This document shows, one piece after another, positions 1 through 8,588 of a DNA stretch of 64,000 nt (position 1 is its first letter; every line of letters begins with the position of its first letter). Below the pieces are notes generated by a model. That model was given only the letters and a program-made list of their open reading frames with translations, was not told the origin of the DNA and searched no databases. A program made the position numbers and the translations under genes. The stretch comes from an uncultured delta proteobacterium (GTDB lineage: Bacteria; Myxococcota_A; Polyangia; Fen-1088), in contig CAWCMR010000013.1 of the NCBI GenBank assembly GCA_963796685.1, positions 448,001 to 512,000 of the forward strand, given 5' to 3'.

Positions 1-163
1 GAACCTGGTATCCGGCGGCTTCAATCTCGGTTCGCGGGAATGCTTCGTCCTCCACCTTGGTTTCCTGCATGCACAGGACATCGGGACGATGCTCGGCGAG
101 CCACGGAATAAGGCGATCGAGACGCTTGCGAATGGAGTTGACGTTCCAGGTGGCTATCTTCAT
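1..163 (-). CDS. xth: Exodeoxyribonuclease III (N-terminus only; runs off the window edge)
   Basis: Not in the ORF track. Manual translation from ATG at 163 gives [43 protein letters not shown], with the ATWNVNS and DVLCxQETK ExoIII motifs. Confidence 0.93.
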   Translation of the reverse strand, partial: MKIATWNVNSIRKRLDRLIPWLAEHRPDVLCMQETKVEDEAFPRTEIEAAGYQV

Positions 164-192
164 GCTGGCACAGGGAGGGAGAGCAGGACGCC

Positions 193-1788
193 GTGAGAGT
201 CTACGTGGGGAGCGATCATGCGGGTTTCAGTCTACGCAAGAGATTGCTCGAACGCTTGCGCTCGCAGGGGCGCGAGGTCGTAGACCTCGGAACCGATTCG
301 GAGGCCGCGTGCGACTACCCCGAGTTCGCGTACTCGGTCGCCAACGCCGTGCGCGGCGTCACGGGATCGCTCGGGATTCTGGTGTGCGCCACGGGTCAGG
401 GCATGGCCACCGCCGCGGGCAAGGTTCGGGGCATTCGCGCCGTCGTGCCCGCCACCGTGGAGGCGGCTCGGCTGTCGCGCTTCGACAACGATGCCAACGT
501 GCTCTGCCTGGGGGGCCGGTTCCTCTCCGAGAGCGAGGCCTACGACATCGTGGACACCTGGCTTAGCACTGGCTTCGCGGGGGGACGTCACGCTCGCCGC
601 ATCGCCAAGGTGGCGGCCATCGAAACCGCGTCCGCGGTTGCGTTCATGACCGAGGGAGAGCGCTTGGCGCTGGCGTCCCTGGGTGTGCCCGCGCGTATCT
701 TCCACCGGGATCCTGCGCTGTTTTCGAGCGAACCCAAGGACCAGCCAGCCATCGAGTCCGCGCTGGCTTGGGTATCGTTGCCCGCCGAAATGACGGAAAG
801 GTTACCCGAGCTGACGTGCTTCGCCTCGGAGATCCGACAGGCACGTTTCCGCGATCTCGTCTTGATGGTCGAGGATGCGGAGGCCTCGCCTGTCGCCGAG
901 GTCGCTCGATTCTGGGGGGCGAGCTCGGGTGCGTTGCGTCTGCACGTGCTGGGCGCCACCGAACCCGCGGCGTTGGCCGCGCTGGAAGACTCCATCCTGC
1001 TCGACGCCGCGCTGATCGTCGCAATCGCCGGACCAGGCACGGGCAAGGTCTTCGAGGTCCCGGAGGAGCGACTGTGGACGACCATGCTCGATATCTGCGC
1101 CGGCGACGTCAAGCGCGCAGGTGCCCACTTCGCCGCCATCACCTGCGCAGGGTCGCCTCTGGTACAGGTCGCCGAGGCGCACCACTATCGCAAGGTGTTC
1201 CAGGGCGCACCGGAAATCGGGGAAGTCTTCTCCGTGCTTGGGTTCGAGGGCTTGGTGCCCGCGGTCCTGCTCGGACTCGACCCAGGGCGTCTGCTGACGC
1301 GAACCAGGGCCATGGTCGAAGCTTGTCGCGGCGATCGGATCGAAGACAACCCGGGCGCCAGCTTGGGCGTTCTTCTTGGCTCCTTGGCCAAGCATGGCCG
1401 GAACAAGCTGGCCCTGCTGCCTTCCGCGTCCCTGCGCCCGCTTGGTCCGTGGATCGCCCGGGTGCTGTCGCTTGCGAGTGCCGGTCGGATCGTTGCCACG
1501 TGGTCCGAGCCCCTGCTGCCAAGCTATCCGCCGGATCGCGTCTTCGTGCACCTGCAGGCCGACGACGATGGCCCCGCCATTCCCTCCGAGAAGATGGAGG
1601 CCATGCACTTGGCGGGACAGCCTTACATTCAGATTGCCGTGCGCGATCGCTACGAGATGGGCGCCGAGCTTTTTCGCTGGGAGATTGCCGCGACAGTCGC
1701 CGCACTGGTTCTCGGGACGAATCCCTTTTGCCCCGCACGAATCGCCGTTCCGCCGGACGTGCCCGAGCAACGGAGCGCGACCACCTGA
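193..1788 (+). CDS. rpiB: Ribose-5-phosphate isomerase B fused to a degenerate glucose-6-phosphate isomerase (SIS)-like domain
   Basis: The first ~145 aa carry [24 protein letters not shown] and GGRHARR. The remainder resembles the PGI part of Tal-Pgi proteins (GLVPA, NPGASLG, GRNKL, DRVFV, LGTNPF). Confidence 0.85.
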   Translation: MRVYVGSDHAGFSLRKRLLERLRSQGREVVDLGTDSEAACDYPEFAYSVANAVRGVTGSLGILVCATGQGMATAAGKVRGIRAVVPATVEAARLSRFDNDANVLCLGGRFLSESEAYDIVDTWLSTGFAGGRHARRIAKVAAIETASAVAFMTEGERLALASLGVPARIFHRDPALFSSEPKDQPAIESALAWVSLPAEMTERLPELTCFASEIRQARFRDLVLMVEDAEASPVAEVARFWGASSGALRLHVLGATEPAALAALEDSILLDAALIVAIAGPGTGKVFEVPEERLWTTMLDICAGDVKRAGAHFAAITCAGSPLVQVAEAHHYRKVFQGAPEIGEVFSVLGFEGLVPAVLLGLDPGRLLTRTRAMVEACRGDRIEDNPGASLGVLLGSLAKHGRNKLALLPSASLRPLGPWIARVLSLASAGRIVATWSEPLLPSYPPDRVFVHLQADDDGPAIPSEKMEAMHLAGQPYIQIAVRDRYEMGAELFRWEIAATVAALVLGTNPFCPARIAVPPDVPEQRSATT

Positions 1789-1909
1789 CGGTAGGTCGGC
1801 CGCGGACCGGACGAGCGTCCGAAATCAGGCCGGGTCGTCCGGGGTACAGACGAGCCCCATCGGAAGATCGCGGATTTGCGCAGGCACGCAGGTTGCTCCT
1901 GATCGGCGT

Positions 1910-3733
1910 ATGCGTCCATCCATGACCGCGACCTTCTGTCTTCTCAGTCTCCCCTTCTCGGCGAGGGCGGACTTCATTCCGGTGCTGCCTGGTCCGATCG
2001 ACCGCGTGGTCGCCGCTGGCGAGCACATCGCCGTGATTCGCAAAGGCACGGTGTTCATTCTGCGCGAAGATGGCAGCCTGATCGGGCGCATGGCCGGGGC
2101 CGAGCCCAACGCCCACCGCGGGCTCGCCGGCTCGCGCTCTGCCAAGGAGGAAGCCGAGCACATGTTGGATCTGCTCGATGTCGCGGAGATCGATCGCGAC
2201 ACCGACTTCGCCGACGAATTGCTCTACGACGAACAGAGACTCTCGCAACGGCGCCCGTCCGGTCTCGCCGCGCGATCGCCCGAGCTTCCCGTTTCGCCGC
2301 CGGCTCTGGCCGCGAGCGCCAGCAAGATCTGGATGGCCGGCGCGTTCGGGCTCTTTCAGGTGGGCGCGGATGGCAGGTCCGTGCGCGAATCGGGCCACGA
2401 GGGCTGGGGAGCGCCGTGGGCCGCCGCGGGCGAGAGCCTGCTTGCATCCCGTGGAAGCAACCTAGCCCTGCTTGCGACGCCGGCCAGTCCCAGTCGTTTC
2501 ATCGAGCTTCCCTCGCCGGTGAGCAAAGTCGCCTTATCCAAAGATGGACGGCGATTGGCCTGGGTCACCTCGTCGGGAATCTGGGGGGCCATCGATTCGG
2601 ACAGCCCGCGCAACCTGGCCCCCGCGAACGCCGTCGCCGACCTTTCCTTTTGCGGTGAAGACCTGGTCGCCCTGCTGGCCGATTCGGTGTTGGTGTTTTC
2701 GTCCGACGGCCGAGCGGAAACGCGTGCCCACGGAATCCCGGCGCAGCGCCTGTACTGCCCGGAAGGACGGGCCATGCCATGGCTGGCGCTGGGCCCCAAG
2801 CTTCTGGCATCGACGGACCAAGGCCGGCACTGGGAAGCCATCGCCGTCCCCGCGGACATGGCACCGACTGATGTGGCTGCCTCCGCCCACCATTTGTGGC
2901 TGGCCACGCCTGACGGCCTCTACGCCTCGGCTGATGGCGTCGCGCCTTTGCCAACCAAGCGCCCAGGCGACCGGCGGGCGCGCATGGGTCGTGAATCCGG
3001 CTCGCGGCCATCCTCGTGGCTTACTTGGATGCCGATGCCCAAGGTGTCGGTGCGCACGGCCGCGACCTTCGCCCCGGGCGGTCGTCAGTTGGAGGCGTTG
3101 GCCTCCGCGGCTTTCCCCTTGGGTGGCCGCTCCGTTCCCATCTTGTCCGCGGCGCTACCCGAGGTTGCCGAATCCGAGCCCGAGGAGCCGCCCGCCCGTC
3201 CACGCCGCGCAGAGCGCGTTGTGGACCTGCGCGATCCGGACGAGAGTTGTCTGACGCTGGCTAGGCGCAAAGCCGTGGAGCTCGTCATGTCGGAACCCGA
3301 ACGGGCGCGTTCCTACGTGACGCGTGCAGGCCACGCCGCGTGGTTGCCCGAGCTGCGCGTGCTCGTTTCGCGGCGCTATGGCCGCAGCGAGTCGATCGAT
3401 GTCAACAGCTCGTCGACCGCGCTCACTTCCCCGCTTGGGATCGACACTGTAAATGACATACGATATGAGGCGCGAGCCACCTGGGACCTGGGAAGACTGG
3501 TGTTTTCACCCGAGGAGCTCGCGGCGCAGAACCAAGCAATCCACATGGCCGACCTGAGACGGGATATCGAAACGACCATGAACCGGCTCTACTTCGAGCG
3601 GCGGGGTCTGGTACTCGACATGTCCGATGGACGCGGTGACAACGTCCGTCATCACCTGCGCGCAACCGAGATCGAGGCCGAGCTCAATGCAATGTCGGGG
3701 GGAGCCTTTGCCAGCTGCGTGTCCGGCAAGTAG
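1910..3733 (+). CDS. Secreted hypothetical protein with a beta-propeller-like N-terminus and a conserved-looking C-terminal domain
   Basis: ORF 1376..3733; start moved to ATG 1910, which gives a signal-peptide-like MRPSMTATFCLLSLPFSARA. BNR-like STDQGRHW motif; C-terminal WLPELRV...YEARATWDLGRLVF. Confidence 0.6.
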   Translation: MRPSMTATFCLLSLPFSARADFIPVLPGPIDRVVAAGEHIAVIRKGTVFILREDGSLIGRMAGAEPNAHRGLAGSRSAKEEAEHMLDLLDVAEIDRDTDFADELLYDEQRLSQRRPSGLAARSPELPVSPPALAASASKIWMAGAFGLFQVGADGRSVRESGHEGWGAPWAAAGESLLASRGSNLALLATPASPSRFIELPSPVSKVALSKDGRRLAWVTSSGIWGAIDSDSPRNLAPANAVADLSFCGEDLVALLADSVLVFSSDGRAETRAHGIPAQRLYCPEGRAMPWLALGPKLLASTDQGRHWEAIAVPADMAPTDVAASAHHLWLATPDGLYASADGVAPLPTKRPGDRRARMGRESGSRPSSWLTWMPMPKVSVRTAATFAPGGRQLEALASAAFPLGGRSVPILSAALPEVAESEPEEPPARPRRAERVVDLRDPDESCLTLARRKAVELVMSEPERARSYVTRAGHAAWLPELRVLVSRRYGRSESIDVNSSSTALTSPLGIDTVNDIRYEARATWDLGRLVFSPEELAAQNQAIHMADLRRDIETTMNRLYFERRGLVLDMSDGRGDNVRHHLRATEIEAELNAMSGGAFASCVSGK

Positions 3734-3765
3734 GAGCAAAATCGGAGCAAGATAGGAGCAAGATA
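3733..3765 (+). repeat. Three tandem 11-bp direct repeats GGAGCAA(A/G)AT(C/A)
   Basis: GGAGCAAAATC-GGAGCAAGATA-GGAGCAAGATA read directly, ending 8 bp before the PilZ gene start. Confidence 0.85.
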
Positions 3766-3773
3766 GTAGACCG

Positions 3774-4235
3774 ATGCACGACCCCAACGAGAATCTTCGC
3801 CGCCACCCGCGCTTCACCGTCGACGTTCAAGCCAACGTCACCACCGTGAACGGCCGAAGGCTGGTTGCGCGAACGCGAGATCTGTCCCGTTCGGGCATCT
3901 GCCTGGTTACCGGCGAGGACTTGGGATTCGGCGCGAGCCTCGGCATCGAGCTCGTGCTCCTGCTGGGGCCGAGCTCCTCCTCCGAGCCCCTACCCTTGCG
4001 CGCGCGGGTGGTGTGGTGCACGGCCATCGCCGGCGCCTACCAGATCGGAGCGATGTTCGACGGCCTGTCCGAAAAGGAGGCCTCGTTCCTCGACATGTTC
4101 TTGCGCTACCTCGATGGTTCGATCTTGCCCGCCGGCGCAGAGATGGAAGCGATGGAAGAGGGCGAGGATGCAGGCGCAGACCGAGAGGAAGGCACACCCT
4201 CTCCCGACATCAAGGACGACCCTTTCCGACCGTAG
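3774..4235 (+). CDS. Stand-alone PilZ domain protein (c-di-GMP receptor candidate)
   Basis: RRHPR (RxxxR) and DLSRSG (DxSxxG) motifs, ARVVW...IGAMF, acidic tail. Confidence 0.88.
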   Translation: MHDPNENLRRHPRFTVDVQANVTTVNGRRLVARTRDLSRSGICLVTGEDLGFGASLGIELVLLLGPSSSSEPLPLRARVVWCTAIAGAYQIGAMFDGLSEKEASFLDMFLRYLDGSILPAGAEMEAMEEGEDAGADREEGTPSPDIKDDPFRP

Positions 4236-4242
4236 CGCTGCC

Positions 4243-5796
4243 CTACTTCGCGCGCGCCAGGATGGCCTGCGCCACCCGCGTGCCGTCGATGGCGGCGCTG
4301 ACGATACCGCCGGCATAGCCCGCACCTTCGCCCGTGGGGTAGAGCCCGGACAACGACGGCGACTGAAGCGTGACGGGGTCGCGCACGATCCGAACCGGTG
4401 CGCTGGTTCGTGTCTCCGCGGCCACGAGCACGGCGTCGCCGTGCAGAAATCCGCGCAGCCGTCGGGTCATGCCCTCCAATCCCGCGCGCAGCGAATCCGT
4501 CACGAAGGCGGGGAAGATTTCATCCATGCGGCCGGAAACCGCGCCAGGGTGGTAGCTCGTCGCAGGCAATGACGAGCTCGATCTGTGCGAGAGAAAATCC
4601 GTGAGACGCTGGGCCGGTGCCCGGAAGGCCCCGCCACCCGCGGCAAAGGCCGCGCGCTCGATGCGACGCTGGAATTCGATACCTGCCAGCGGTCCGAGCG
4701 ACGCCTCGCCGTAGTCCTCCGGGTGCAACGAAACGACGATGGCCGCGTTGGCGTAGGGCGAATCCCGACGCGAAAGGCTCATACCATTGACCACCACGCC
4801 GTCGGCTTCGGTGGCCGCCGGCACAATGAACCCACCGGGGCACATGCAGAAGCTATAGACCCCCCGATCCGCAGCGGTGGCGCTGACCTCGTAGAAGGCA
4901 GGCGGCAAGCGCTCGTCGTCCGCAGCCTTGCCGTATTGGATGCGATTGATCACAGCCTGGGGGTGTTCGAGTCGCACGCCGACCGCGCTGCCCTTGCGTT
5001 CGAGCGCGATGCCGGCACCGGCTGCCCAGCGATACACGTCGCGCGCCGAATGCCCGCAAGCGAGAACGATGATGTCCGCAGGCAGTTCCTCGCCGTCGCT
5101 GGTACGTACGGCGCGGATTTTCCCCTCGGAGACGGCGACATCCAGCAACGCGGACGAGAACCTGTAATGCACGCCTCGGCTCTCCAAGAATTCTCGCAGT
5201 GCCGAAAGCACCTTCGGCAGTTTGTTCGATCCCACGTGCGGGCGCGATTCCACGGCGATGTCGGGATTCGCGCCGAAACGAACGAGATCGGCGAGCACGC
5301 GATCCACCGAGTGGCGATCCTTGGTGCGCGTGTAGAGCTTTCCATCCGAGTAGGTGCCGGCGCCGCCTTCGCCAAAACAATAGTTCGAATTGGTATCGAG
5401 TCGACCGCGCTGCACGCCCGCGAGATCATGGCGTCGCGGCTGCACGGGCTTGCCGCGTTCGAGAATCGTCGACGGAAGACCGGCTTCCGCGAGACGAAGC
5501 GAGGCCCACGCGCCTGCAGGCCCCGAGCCCACGATGACGATGTTCGGACGCGGTACCGAGGCCGGCCACCGAGGCGATGCCGGGGCCGGCGCACGATTCG
5601 ATGGTTCATTCTCGTCGAGAATTTCCACGCGCAGACGATGGCCGAGTGCATGTGCCTTGCGCGCATCGAGCGATCGACGAAGCAGGCGCACGCCATGCAA
5701 TTGTTCGCGCGGAATTCCGAGTGTGCGCGAAATCAGCGCCGCGAGAGATTCATCGCTGGCGTCGAGTGGAACAAATACATCGACGATTCTCTTCAT
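4243..5796 (-). CDS. Uncharacterised FAD-dependent oxidoreductase (COG2509-like)
   Basis: IVGSGPAG Rossmann motif, FGEGGAGTYSDGKLYTR, YSFCMCPGG, ETRTSAPVRI, GEGAGYAGGIVSAAIDG. Start set at MKRIVDVFV. Confidence 0.88.
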   Translation of the reverse strand: MKRIVDVFVPLDASDESLAALISRTLGIPREQLHGVRLLRRSLDARKAHALGHRLRVEILDENEPSNRAPAPASPRWPASVPRPNIVIVGSGPAGAWASLRLAEAGLPSTILERGKPVQPRRHDLAGVQRGRLDTNSNYCFGEGGAGTYSDGKLYTRTKDRHSVDRVLADLVRFGANPDIAVESRPHVGSNKLPKVLSALREFLESRGVHYRFSSALLDVAVSEGKIRAVRTSDGEELPADIIVLACGHSARDVYRWAAGAGIALERKGSAVGVRLEHPQAVINRIQYGKAADDERLPPAFYEVSATAADRGVYSFCMCPGGFIVPAATEADGVVVNGMSLSRRDSPYANAAIVVSLHPEDYGEASLGPLAGIEFQRRIERAAFAAGGGAFRAPAQRLTDFLSHRSSSSLPATSYHPGAVSGRMDEIFPAFVTDSLRAGLEGMTRRLRGFLHGDAVLVAAETRTSAPVRIVRDPVTLQSPSLSGLYPTGEGAGYAGGIVSAAIDGTRVAQAILARAK

Positions 5797-6034
5797 GGAT
5801 CTGCTCGTAATCTGCTCGCGATCGACTGTCGCTTGGCGAATGACCATAGGAGAATCGATCTCGGCATGCCACGCGGAAAACACTTTTGTGGTTGACTGAA
5901 GGCCGATGGCAAAGTAAAGATATTTTTCCGACCGAATCAAATTCCCTCCGGGCCTCGCCGTTGGCGGACCGGTGTAGAGATACCGGCGGCCCCGCCGACG
6001 CAGCCACTGTTACCTGGTTCTTCAAGGATTCTGA

Positions 6035-6961
6035 GTGCTTCAAGCCTTCGGTCAGACTTCGGTTACGCATGCCATCGCCGCGTTCGCAGGCTTGATGGCG
6101 ATTCCGTTCGCCATCCCTTCCCATGACGCGGAGCCAGGCGCCGCAGCGGGAAGCAAGACCGGCGCCACAACCGCGACCGTTTCGGCTAGCGACAGCCCCA
6201 GCGCGTCCTGCCTCGCGACCACGATCTGCGAAGTGAAGGATCGCGTGCGCTGGCGAACGCCGGCGTGGAGGCCGGAGTATTGCAGCCAGATCGCGAACGC
6301 GGTTCTCGATTCATCGAAGCGGTACGCGCTTTCTCCGTCGCTGATTCTCGCCGTGATGATCAACGAGAGCGATATGAACGAGAAAGCCTTTCGCATCACA
6401 CTGAAGTCGGGCCGCCTGTATGCGAAAGATGGCGGGCTCATGGGGATCCGCTGCATCGTCGACAAGCACGGCCACTGCACGAATGGAAACGTGCGCGGAA
6501 TGGCCTGGTCGGAAGTCATGGATCCGGTGACCAACATCGACATCGGCGCGCGCGAGCTCGCGCATTGGCGCGACGGCGGCGGTATTACCGACGTGACGAT
6601 TCGATTGCGCGATAGCCACGGCGTGCTGCGGACCAAGCTGAAGCACGTGCCCTGTACGCACAAGACGCATGCCTATTGGGCCCACTACAATCACGGTCCG
6701 CGCTACATCGATCGCGGGCCGGCTCGCCACTATCCCCATCGCATCGCGGTTCTGTACTACGCGCTTTCGCGCCTCATGAACATGGACACCAGCGAGCTGA
6801 CATCGATGCGCTTGACGGTCATCGATCCCGGAAAGCGCCCGCGCACCGCCGATCGGCCGGTCGAAGCACGCTACATCAAGCTGTGTCAGGCGATTCGTGG
6901 AGTCGGTCCGGTCTGCACCGAGCGATCGACCGCGCAGCTTCATCACGATCACGAAAAGTAG
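6035..6961 (+). CDS. Secreted lytic transglycosylase (SLT)-like protein
   Basis: Signal-like N-terminus; LILAVMINES (catalytic Glu), GLMG (variant of GLMQ), DPVTNIDIGA, AHYNHGP. Start codon uncertain. Confidence 0.7.
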   Translation: MLQAFGQTSVTHAIAAFAGLMAIPFAIPSHDAEPGAAAGSKTGATTATVSASDSPSASCLATTICEVKDRVRWRTPAWRPEYCSQIANAVLDSSKRYALSPSLILAVMINESDMNEKAFRITLKSGRLYAKDGGLMGIRCIVDKHGHCTNGNVRGMAWSEVMDPVTNIDIGARELAHWRDGGGITDVTIRLRDSHGVLRTKLKHVPCTHKTHAYWAHYNHGPRYIDRGPARHYPHRIAVLYYALSRLMNMDTSELTSMRLTVIDPGKRPRTADRPVEARYIKLCQAIRGVGPVCTERSTAQLHHDHEK

Positions 6962-7120
6962 ACTCGTGCTGTCCCTATTCGAACGGTGAGGATACTTCTA
7001 GGGCCTTGCGCGAGCAGCAGGGCTGCTCGCGGGCACGGGTCCTGCTCCGCTGGCAAGCGAGCGCAGCCGCTCGGTATTCTCATCGCCCCGCGCGCCGCGG
7101 AGAGATCGGTAGCTCCAAAT

Positions 7121-7719
7121 CTAGGTCTTCGGCGTGAGCGTGAGCTTCTGTGTAACCACCACGGACTCGCCGGCAAAGGGCGGGAACTTCCACCGCGCCA
7201 CCGTGGTACGAACGCATTCGGTCAGCTCGTTGTCCACGTGGGGAGACAGGGTCATCGCCTGTACGATTCCGGTGGGCTTCACCGTGATCTCGAGCATCAC
7301 GCCGAGGCCGGACTGCGTCTGCAGCGCCGAATTCTTCTTGAGTGCACGCTCGTAGCACTTCTGCAACGCCTGTGCGCCTTGCCTGACCACGCGGCTGGCG
7401 TCCTTCGGATTGAGATCCCCTTTCCCCAGCACGATGTCGCCATCGGCGCCGCCCTGCTTCCCTTTGATTTCGGCGATGAGATTGAGGATATCCGGATCCG
7501 TGAGCTGCACCCGCGCCGGGTTGGCCATGGCTTGCGCGAGCTTCTGCTTGAGCTCGGCGTTCTGGGCCTTGAGGTCGTTCAGGTCATTCTTGCATGCCAC
7601 GACTTTGTCGTTGGCCTCATTGAGTCGACTGGTGAGCTCTGGCCATCTCCGCCTTTGCACCCGAGCAGGGAAAGCATGCCCAAGAAGGCGATCGTCAGGG
7701 TTCGTTTGGGGGTTTCCAC
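7121..7719 (-). CDS. Lipoprotein with coiled coil and AgmX/PglI (TonB-C-like) C-terminal domain; frameshift at ~7640
   Basis: GTG start after AAGAGGAA; lipobox LLGC. Restoring one G (CAG [G]AG CTC) joins it to ...LQKCYERALKKN...ECVRTTVARWKFPPF. Confidence 0.72.
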
Positions 7720-7940
7720 GTGTTCCTCTTTCCGATCCGGACTCCTGTGTTCCGGCTCCGACGATCGTACATCGCAAATGGACCTTGACACACAGTTTTC
7801 TTACCATCTATCCAGCCAGCACAGGCCAGCACAGCCTTCAGGCGCCATCGACGGGCGCCATCGCGGCGGTCCGGGCTTGAACCTCGAGCGTGGCGCTGGA
7901 AGGCCGTCGTCGTCGGGCTCCGGCGCTGCTTCTGCTTGCG

Positions 7941-8480
7941 CTACTTCTGCTTGGCTTCTTCGTCGCTGAATTCGACCTTACCGGTGTACTTCGGGCCCTT
8001 TCCGCGCAACCAGAATTTGGTCTGCGCCAGGACCCGCGTGCCGGACTCGATGGTCATGAGGTACTGTTTGTTGGTGTCGAATTCCGGCTTGGCCACGGTG
8101 ATGCTGGCCGAGAAAATGCGACTCCCGCGCTCGCGCGTGTACTGCTCGTCGCCAGCCACGTACTTCTGCGATCCGCCACCGACCTCCCAGAACTTGACCG
8201 TGATTTCGTTGTCGTTTAGCGGCCGCGCAAAGAAGGCGATGTATTCGAATTTCCACACCGCGACGTCGTTGCCCTTCTCTTCCTTGGGCCACACCTTGTC
8301 GATCGAGGCACGGTGGATGGCCTGGACGAACGCGCCCTCGGAAGAGAAATGCGTCGGCAGACGGTTTTCGGTGATGATGATTCTGCCCTTGAAGACATCC
8401 TCCGGTTTTGCCGCCAGCGCTACCGAAGAGACCAGCATCGTTCCAAGGATGACCGCCGAAACACGATTGAACTTCAACAT
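7941..8480 (-). CDS. Secreted hypothetical protein (179 aa)
   Basis: Signal peptide ending ALA-A, GAGG RBS, strong GC3 bias; no family recognised. Confidence 0.7.
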   Translation of the reverse strand: MLKFNRVSAVILGTMLVSSVALAAKPEDVFKGRIIITENRLPTHFSSEGAFVQAIHRASIDKVWPKEEKGNDVAVWKFEYIAFFARPLNDNEITVKFWEVGGGSQKYVAGDEQYTRERGSRIFSASITVAKPEFDTNKQYLMTIESGTRVLAQTKFWLRGKGPKYTGKVEFSDEEAKQK

Positions 8481-8588
8481 CGATACCCTCGTGTGATTGG
8501 TTGTTGTGGGATCAAATCTAGCCGCTTTTTGGGCAGGAAGAACAGGGCTTTTTTGACGGCTGGCCCTGCCCTGCTAGCTTGTTCTTTG

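Noticed and set aside
5797-6034. c-di-AMP or c-di-GMP riboswitch upstream of the SLT-like gene
   Set aside because: Hairpins are present but the consensus motifs could not be matched.
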